Shown: piece after piece, positions 57,300 through 64,000 of the stretch
Layout of the letters: each line of letters opens with the position of its first letter
Position numbering within the stretch: position 1 is the first letter of the stretch
Virus record (IMG/VR): IMGVR_UViG_3300029328_000212
DNA: 64,000 nucleotides
Reading direction: 5' to 3' (one strand)
DNA from: a virus
The notes under the pieces: generated by a model
The model's input: only the letters and a program-made list of their open reading frames with translations
What the model was told of the DNA's origin: nothing
The model's database searches: none
Translations under genes and position numbers: made by a program

Positions 57300-60200
57300 T
57301 TAATCTCCATATGGATTTCTGTAATAGATATACTTGCTAAGAATATACGTACTTCTTGACTGCTTTGTAATCTGGCTGCCTGAACACTCCTGTATTTCCT
57401 GACCATCTACTAAATTATTTGTTGTGGTACATTCAATAAATCTGTCAATTACGCCTGCGCCGTCGCCGGTGTCAAATTTTCCTCCGTATATTACTACATG
57501 ATTGTTCGATGTTGTAGAACCTCCGGCTTCAGCATTTTTTACAACAATATCTCCCGGCTTCAAAGCACCTTTGCTTGTTGCTTTTCCAAAATGAGCAAAG
57601 TCACAGGCACCCTGAGCTGTATATCCGGTATCTCCCGAATGATGGAATACTCCACCCTGATTGGTAACAAACGATACGAATCCCGAACAGTCAACACCAC
57701 CACTGTTTCCAACTGTCGCCGCTGCTGTCTCTTTACTCGGATACGAACCGTGACCACCTGCGTAAACATAAACGAAGCGTCCTACATACTGAAGACCTGC
57801 TCTTATTACCGACTCTCTCTGCGCCGACAGGCTGCCGCCATTGCTGGTCTTTATCTGATTAATGTAGTCATCAATTTTAGCTGATGAAAGCATTGGATAA
57901 GTATTTCCCGGGAAAATAACTCCCATATCTTCATATGCAGAGTCGTCCATTTCATACCATGCCTTTGCGCTTTCTCCGGTATCATTTAATGTGCCGTCAC
58001 TATTGTGGAAGCCCTTCCATGTTTTTTCTTTCCATGGGCATTTTTCTGTTGAATGGGATTTTTGCCACTCAAAATCTATTTTGTCACCTTTTTTTAGTAT
58101 TTCTTCAAAGCTTGTGTCAACAACATAGTCAACACTTACGGTCAGCTTTTTCCCTGTGTCAGAATAAAACAGACGGTCGCCTTTTTGCAGTGACCTGTAC
58201 TTATTTGCGTCAGTTCCAGTTACTTCATTTCCGTTACAAGGCATAATATCAGCGTCATCATAACCATACCAGCCAAACTTGGTACTGGTGTCATCCTCTG
58301 TTTTTATTTCAATATTTACATGACCTTTATTGAGCATCCACATCATCAGGTAATTACACCAGTCTTCATAATACTGTTTATCCGTTACAGTATTATGTGT
58401 GCCCGCAGAAGCAGCCGCGCATACCGCTTTGTAAAGCTGGTTAGGGCTTACAATGTTTCCATTTTCATCCTGAAATTTAAGACTGATTTCTGGATCTGGT
58501 GCTTTAAATGAAGGGTATACTCTGTACGCTCCATTTACATATTTGGGTACCTGATATGCGCCTGCAAGCTTACCATCGCTGTTTGCCGGACCATAAACAG
58601 TTTCATAAGAATAAATTCCTGTCGGTTTGTAAGTTATTATTGTCTTTGATTTTGGAGTTCCAGTTGGAGCGCCTCCTGACACTTCTATTGTCCATCTTTT
58701 TAGCTCTAGCGTTACAAGTTCTTCACCCTTTACCAGAAAATAGCTGTTTTTATTAAATTTTCCTTCAGGCGTGTAACTTTTTGCATCTTCGCTTATGGTT
58801 GCCGGGGTTTTGCATGATGACACAAAATCTGGGTTTCCTTCGTCAGTGGTGCATAAATCTTTATAATAAATTTTTATATTCCTTTTTTTATTTTTTTTAG
58901 TATCTTTCTTCTTGTATTTTTCAAGTTTGTCTGTTTTGACCATTAAAGTTTTTGACACATTATCTGTTTTGGTATATTCTGTCCAGTTTTCTTCTGTTTT
59001 AATAGTCTGTACACGTTCTGCACATCCGGTATATTTTATATTTAAACCATCCGTTGTCATGTTAGCAACACCATTCATCGCACTCGAAAGACCTATAGTT
59101 GAAAGACCGCCGTCCAGATGGCTTCCATTGTAAGTGACATTTACAGATTCAGGCTTAACGCCCGATCCTCCACTTCCATCTCTCAGGTCGTCTTCAACAC
59201 TTGTCTGTATTTTGTACATGTCCGAGACAACTTGCTGCATAAGTGCCGGTTCGTCAGTCTTTGAATTACTGCTTGTGGTTGAGCCCTGCGCTGAAACTAC
59301 ACTCATAAATGCAGTCGGCACACACGTTACAAGCACAATTAAAAGCATAATTCCAAGAGCTGCATACCTGAGTTTTGTTGTAACGCTTTTTATCATGTTA
59401 TTAATCTTGTTTTTAATATTGCTTTTTACACGTACTCTCGCTCTGTTTACAGCACCTATTCTGCCTGTAACTTTTCTTGTTCCTTGAATAAACCGATTGT
59501 TCCCAATTCTTGTTCCAAGCCGTGAAAAGCCGGCGCTTATACCTCGGCCTACGCCTGTCACCCTGTTTGTTATTCCAGAAACTGCACGCCCGGCTTTTGA
59601 ATTAACAACTCTTGCACGTCCACCGTTCAAACCTCCTACAACACGCACTCTTGCACTGTTTAAACCGGTTTTTGCTCTTACAACAGCCCTGCCTGCCGCC
59701 TGTCCTGCGGATGTTCTTCCCACAATTCTGACTGTGGTTCTTTCTGCTGCTTTAGCAGCTTTTCCAACGACTTTTGCAGAGCCTTTACCAACCATTTTGG
59801 CTTTTCCGGTAAGAGATGATGATGAAAAATCCCCAACAACCTGTCCAAATTTTCCAAGCTTGTCACTTCCAACCATTCTTGCAGTGCCAGATGCAATTTT
59901 GCCTACCGTAGCAGTGGGTGCGCTGAGTGCAATATTTGCACCTTTTCCCGTAATTCTGCCAGCAGTTTTTGCCATTCTTGCTCCCTGTACAACGTCAGCC
60001 TGCATGAAGGTATTATCAATAGCGGCGTTTAAAAGGTTATAGCCCTGTCTTGAATTAATTTCATTTCTGACCTTTAGAAGATCGCCCCTTTCTGACAACA
60101 GCTTAAGCTGGTCATTTGTCAGGCGCTGTCCATTAAACATACCAGTTTTTAACATCTGATTGATTCTGCTGACATCAATATTTGCAACATTGACAGCAAG

Positions 60201-61505
60201 CATGTTAAGGGACCGCTCGTTTAAAGCCAGTTTGTTCTGGATGTCCTTCTTTATTCCTATTCCCTTTGTTCGTTCAAATCCATACGCCTTCAGAGCACCT
60301 GCTGCCTGCCTGTTTCCCGAACCTCGGAATGTGTTTCTGACTGTTTTTAACTTTTTATATCCCTGATATGCATCTGACTGCTTAAACGTCACTTTTACAG
60401 GAGCTGTTATATCAACTGGCATCATCCCTGGTTTTGGATTGATTACTGTGTTTGGATTATGGTTAATATCCATTGTATCAGGTTCTGTACCATCTGTTAT
60501 TCCAAACCTGTTATTTTCCAGCGCTGGATTTTCTGTTCGAGAATTCCCACCAATACCTCCGCCTTTGGTTTTAGCATCTGCCATCATATTTCCACTAGCA
60601 ACTGCGCCCGGCGCATTCACATTTCCAGCATTATAACCCATCTGTACTCGTGATGCTCTTGGTATTGTACCACCCACATCTTCGCCCACATGAATCCTAT
60701 TTGGTGAAGATATTCTTTGTGCAACTGCATTTAACTGTGCTGTAACGCGCTCGGCCTGCTTACGACTCATCATATCATCATAATATGAATCCATCTCAGC
60801 TTTCTTTTCATCTGCCGCATCGACCATAACAATTCCGTTTGGTGTTTGGACAGCAACTTTATGAGTGGCGTATCTTTCACTTGCAGATTTATTGATTTCA
60901 CCGCTTACACTTCCACCTCCACGGACACTCTGCGCTGAAGATGTTATCTGTGTCATTTCATATGAGGGTGATTCAGTACGTGCAAGTCTCTGCCCCTCTG
61001 AAGACATGGCATTTAAGCGGCTATTGTCTATCGTAGGATTTGCATATCTGTTTCCCGCGCCAGATACCGGCATGTGATTTTCAGTCCCTGACGAAACTCG
61101 TGACGATGGTCCCGCACTGTCAGTTGTTCTTACACTGCCTGCGTACTGACTGCTGTTGCTATAAGACTGTTCTGATGTATTTTCACTATAAGACTGCTGC
61201 CTTGGCGCGCTTTCGCTGTTGTTACGGCTAAAACCTGCATCATACACATTGTAATTTCGCTGAAAATGGAGCTGTTCTGAATTTCTTCCGGTTCTTTCCC
61301 GCTCCTGCTGATAATCTCTTATTCGCTGTTCCTGCTGTCTGTTATCAGCTTTTCTGTCCCTTGCATTATCATATGCGTCAAGTATGGAATTTGCAACTTC
61401 ATTTCCGGCAGTCTGCTTAAAACGTTCAAGCGGAAGCTCATTTCGTCTTTCATGCCTAAAGTTGTTAATATTGTTATCGTTAGCCATATTTGTCTTTTTT
61501 GCCAT
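57300..61505 (-). CDS. 1401-aa bitopic protein: Gly/Arg-rich repetitive N-terminal region, TM helix, large ectodomain ending in NlpC/P60 peptidoglycan endopeptidase
   Basis: NlpC/P60 Cys-His blocks GGVDCSGFVSFV ... NHVVIYGG at the C-terminus; central TM YAALGIMLLIVLVTCVPTAFMSVV; N-terminal repeats VGRTSAGQAAGRAVVRAKTG / VGGLNGGRARVVNSKAGRAV. Confidence 0.85.
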   Translation of the reverse strand: MAKKTNMANDNNINNFRHERRNELPLERFKQTAGNEVANSILDAYDNARDRKADNRQQEQRIRDYQQERERTGRNSEQLHFQRNYNVYDAGFSRNNSESAPRQQSYSENTSEQSYSNSSQYAGSVRTTDSAGPSSRVSSGTENHMPVSGAGNRYANPTIDNSRLNAMSSEGQRLARTESPSYEMTQITSSAQSVRGGGSVSGEINKSASERYATHKVAVQTPNGIVMVDAADEKKAEMDSYYDDMMSRKQAERVTAQLNAVAQRISSPNRIHVGEDVGGTIPRASRVQMGYNAGNVNAPGAVASGNMMADAKTKGGGIGGNSRTENPALENNRFGITDGTEPDTMDINHNPNTVINPKPGMMPVDITAPVKVTFKQSDAYQGYKKLKTVRNTFRGSGNRQAAGALKAYGFERTKGIGIKKDIQNKLALNERSLNMLAVNVANIDVSRINQMLKTGMFNGQRLTNDQLKLLSERGDLLKVRNEINSRQGYNLLNAAIDNTFMQADVVQGARMAKTAGRITGKGANIALSAPTATVGKIASGTARMVGSDKLGKFGQVVGDFSSSSLTGKAKMVGKGSAKVVGKAAKAAERTTVRIVGRTSAGQAAGRAVVRAKTGLNSARVRVVGGLNGGRARVVNSKAGRAVSGITNRVTGVGRGISAGFSRLGTRIGNNRFIQGTRKVTGRIGAVNRARVRVKSNIKNKINNMIKSVTTKLRYAALGIMLLIVLVTCVPTAFMSVVSAQGSTTSSNSKTDEPALMQQVVSDMYKIQTSVEDDLRDGSGGSGVKPESVNVTYNGSHLDGGLSTIGLSSAMNGVANMTTDGLNIKYTGCAERVQTIKTEENWTEYTKTDNVSKTLMVKTDKLEKYKKKDTKKNKKRNIKIYYKDLCTTDEGNPDFVSSCKTPATISEDAKSYTPEGKFNKNSYFLVKGEELVTLELKRWTIEVSGGAPTGTPKSKTIITYKPTGIYSYETVYGPANSDGKLAGAYQVPKYVNGAYRVYPSFKAPDPEISLKFQDENGNIVSPNQLYKAVCAAASAGTHNTVTDKQYYEDWCNYLMMWMLNKGHVNIEIKTEDDTSTKFGWYGYDDADIMPCNGNEVTGTDANKYRSLQKGDRLFYSDTGKKLTVSVDYVVDTSFEEILKKGDKIDFEWQKSHSTEKCPWKEKTWKGFHNSDGTLNDTGESAKAWYEMDDSAYEDMGVIFPGNTYPMLSSAKIDDYINQIKTSNGGSLSAQRESVIRAGLQYVGRFVYVYAGGHGSYPSKETAAATVGNSGGVDCSGFVSFVTNQGGVFHHSGDTGYTAQGACDFAHFGKATSKGALKPGDIVVKNAEAGGSTTSNNHVVIYGGKFDTGDGAGVIDRFIECTTTNNLVDGQEIQECSGSQITKQSRSTYILSKYIYYRNPYGD

Positions 61506-61658
61506 GATTATTTTCCTTTCTGTACTGCATTATTTCGCAATACTCTTTTCTCAATTCTCATATTTTTCTAAGTATGTTTTTTATTTCTACAAAGAAAATA
61601 CCCCTCAAAAAGAAGGGTATTTCTTAAAATATTTGTCTTATTGGTGCAGCTAAGAATC

Positions 61659-61964
61659 TTAATTCTCGTCTGGCATATTCGGCGTGTCAGAGTTAACAAA
61701 ATCTTCAAAATTCCCTGCAGCTTCAAAATCTTCAGGACTAAGCTCAAACTTATTCTCGCTGTTTCTCTCTTCTGCAAACATCGCGTCATTTTCAGCCTGC
61801 TCCCTGACGAGCTCAGCTCTGTATTCGGAGGCTCTTTTGATTGTTTCTTCAGAATACATCCCGACATTCACCGGACTGTTCTTTTTTCTTATTACAATCA
61901 TAATTCCTGATACAGCTATACCTATAATACAGATAATACTTCCTATTGTTGTGAAAAGTTCCAT
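61659..61964 (-). CDS. small membrane protein (101 aa), adjacent to VirB4-type ATPase gene
   Basis: N-terminal TM IGSIICIIGIAVSGIMIVI, acidic tail. Confidence 0.5.
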   Translation of the reverse strand: MELFTTIGSIICIIGIAVSGIMIVIRKKNSPVNVGMYSEETIKRASEYRAELVREQAENDAMFAEERNSENKFELSPEDFEAAGNFEDFVNSDTPNMPDEN

Positions 61965-62003
61965 TTTGCTTACCGGCCGTCCGAAGATGGCCTCTCCTTT
62001 CTG

Positions 62004-64000
62004 TTAAGCAAACTGCGCATCTTTTACATCATGAGATGTTGTCATTAATGCATACAGTTTTGTGTTCTTCGGAAAATCAAACTCAAACGGCAGTACAATC
62101 TTGCCAGTATAAATAAGTCCGTGTCCCTTAGCGTTATTTGTAATATACTTAAGCTGCGCATCACTGAGCTTAAGAAGTATCTGCAGATTATCTCTGTCCA
62201 TTTTTTCCTCTGAAAGCATGATAATAAATGATGTAGTGTTTAAAATATTACGTGTAGCATCATCTCTTAACAAGTCTTCAGTATTCTGCATGATTCCACA
62301 TGGGCATCCAAGCCATTTTCTCGCCATCTTCCATATCATAACAAGGAAATCTGTTATCTTTCTGTTATGAAGAAGGAGATGGAACTCGTCAATGTAGAAA
62401 TATGTATATACATGCTTCTTTGAGTTATCAATCATTCGGTTCCACACATCGTTAAGACATACATGAAGTCCAAGTTCTTTCATTCCTGAACCAAGCTTCT
62501 TTGTGTTATACACAACAAAGCGCTCATTTTTTATATCAACGTTAGTCCTGTGTGCGAATGTATGATACGAACCGTATACATACATCTCCATCTGTCCCGC
62601 AATCTGTTCTGCCATGTAATCTCCGTGGTCCTCAGCGTCCCTTAACAGCTCCTGATACAAATCTGCAAGAGTCGGCGCAACACTTATATCATTTGTTACA
62701 CCTTTATCTCTCAATGCGTCGAGGTATCTTGTATATATTCTTCTGACGCATCTGTCAACAGCCGAACGACCGTTATCAATAATTGCTGGATTACTTACCA
62801 TAATTGACAACATTCCAAGAACGAAGTCGGTTTTTGCAGCAATTGGATCCTCGTCATAATTAATGTCCATATCAAGCGGATTAATATGCGTCTGTGATGT
62901 AGGGGAAATATCTATTACTTTGCCGTGCAGATTATTTGCAAGCGGATAATACTCTTCCTGTGGATCAATGACAAACACCTGGGCATCCTTCTTATTAAGC
63001 AGTACTGATACAATCTCTATCTTTGTCGTGAAAGACTTACCTGTACCGGGCTTGCCGAATATAAGTGCATTGTAGTTATTTCCAGACAGCCTGTCGTATA
63101 AAATCATATTCTGCGTCGTAGAGTTGAGTCCATAGAATATTGCATTATCCTGATTCAGTTCCTGCGATGTAAATGGAATAAATACGCTTGCATTTTCAGT
63201 TGTGTACTGCCTGTCAATCTCAAGTGTTTCATCAACACATAACGGGAGTGTTGAATTAAATCCTGCTTCCATCTGGTCCTTAAGCGGTTTGATTGGCGTC
63301 TGGTGTGTCGAACCGACAGTTATAAGCTGCGTTTCATTTGTCTTAAGCTGTTCTTCGCTTGGCGCAAACAGGGTTATTGTAAATGACATAAAAAACAGCT
63401 TCTGGTTGCTTGACAACACGTCATCCATAAGTGCTTTCGCATGCTCATATGCCTTTTCAAGCTCTGGAGGAATAAAAGCGCCCATGCCCTGCTCTGCATT
63501 TGCCTTCTGCTTTGCTGCTACCTGACCTTCAATTGATGCAAGCTGCGATCTTACCGCGCTTACAGTTTCTTCAGGATCCGAAGGCTCAAATTTCATGCTT
63601 ACAAGCATGCTGCATGGAATATCTGTAATATCAGATAAAAAGCTCGTAGTCATACGCGATGGCATCTTTTTTACGAAGTAACTCTTTGCATACATGTCTC
63701 CAATCATGTAACTGCTCGGTCTTCTATAATCAATGCTGCTCGGTCCAATAATGTCCTTCGTAATAAGTCCGGTTTCCGCCAGATTGTCAAACGAGAAGAA
63801 TTCGCTGTTTCCAATAAATGGTTCGACATTTTCATCCTGATTGTATATAGTGTATAAATGTGCAAGCCTTTCAGTTGTGGACATTCTTTTCATTGATGTT
63901 TCTGTAAGCTTGCCAAGGTATTTATCTACATTTGACTCTATCTTTTCAAGACGATTTTTTGCATTTTCATAGCTGACATCTTCAATGCTTACTACAAGAT
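62004..64000 (-). CDS. VirB4/TrbE/TcpF-type conjugative T4SS ATPase (5' end beyond window)
   Basis: Walker A LIFGKPGTGKSFTTK, Walker B-like block VFVIDPQEEY, and the conserved INPLD box typical of VirB4-family ATPases; reading frame stays open upstream of 63893 to the window edge. Confidence 0.8.
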   Translation of the reverse strand, partial: LVVSIEDVSYENAKNRLEKIESNVDKYLGKLTETSMKRMSTTERLAHLYTIYNQDENVEPFIGNSEFFSFDNLAETGLITKDIIGPSSIDYRRPSSYMIGDMYAKSYFVKKMPSRMTTSFLSDITDIPCSMLVSMKFEPSDPEETVSAVRSQLASIEGQVAAKQKANAEQGMGAFIPPELEKAYEHAKALMDDVLSSNQKLFFMSFTITLFAPSEEQLKTNETQLITVGSTHQTPIKPLKDQMEAGFNSTLPLCVDETLEIDRQYTTENASVFIPFTSQELNQDNAIFYGLNSTTQNMILYDRLSGNNYNALIFGKPGTGKSFTTKIEIVSVLLNKKDAQVFVIDPQEEYYPLANNLHGKVIDISPTSQTHINPLDMDINYDEDPIAAKTDFVLGMLSIMVSNPAIIDNGRSAVDRCVRRIYTRYLDALRDKGVTNDISVAPTLADLYQELLRDAEDHGDYMAEQIAGQMEMYVYGSYHTFAHRTNVDIKNERFVVYNTKKLGSGMKELGLHVCLNDVWNRMIDNSKKHVYTYFYIDEFHLLLHNRKITDFLVMIWKMARKWLGCPCGIMQNTEDLLRDDATRNILNTTSFIIMLSEEKMDRDNLQILLKLSDAQLKYITNNAKGHGLIYTGKIVLPFEFDFPKNTKLYALMTTSHDVKDAQFA

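Noticed and set aside
1-64000. CRISPR array or cas genes
   Set aside because: No short regularly spaced direct repeats with unique spacers were seen. The only tandem arrays are the 30-bp promoter repeats at 4356-4505 and the AT repeats at 840-925.
1-64000. Prophage interpretation (capsid, portal, terminase, tail genes)
   Set aside because: No recognisable virion structural or packaging genes are in the window. A VirB4-type ATPase and NlpC/P60 transfer hydrolase point instead to a conjugative element, although a giant phage-plasmid cannot be excluded from 64 kb alone.

Overview
64-kb window at roughly 37% GC with low-GC Gram-positive (Clostridia-like) signals. Every CDS with a visible start has an AGGAGG-type RBS, the SSB ends in the DDIPF-like tail, and lipobox lipoproteins, flg_new repeats and choline-binding-type repeats are present. 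Almost every gene lies on the minus strand, and the content looks like one large mobile or accessory element rather than core chromosome. From left to right it contains: a tyrosine integrase (968-2083); two metallophosphoesterases; a cluster of large secreted proteins (flg_new-repeat protein, lipoprotein, 1826-aa S8 subtilase, cell-wall-binding repeat protein) carrying a thrice-repeated 3' cassette (~200-340 bp, the third copy truncated); a block of six unknown genes (16.7-23.1 kb); a minus-strand RNA gene cluster (tRNA-CAU, tRNA-Glu, tRNA-Trp, a short tmRNA, an initiator-like tRNA); HU and an SPFH protein; a replication module (RecD-like helicase, two SSB-type proteins, a DnaE-type Pol III alpha with a ~190-aa coiled-coil insertion in its PHP domain, a primase zinc-finger protein, a DnaQ-like exonuclease); a sigma-70-family factor with a divergent XRE regulator; a MoxR AAA+ / vWA-HExxH operon; an IS200/IS605 insertion (tnpA+tnpB); and a T4SS-like conjugation module (VirB4-type ATPase running off the window end, a 1401-aa NlpC/P60 hydrolase, small membrane proteins, a ParA/CpaE-like protein). 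The most striking sequence feature is a non-sigma-A-like bipartite motif, CTTATATAGAAGGCC ~20 nt upstream of AAAAATCATACT on the coding strand (fixed 33-34 bp register), found in front of essentially every transcription unit. It suggests an element-specific transcription programme, possibly driven by the encoded sigma factor.
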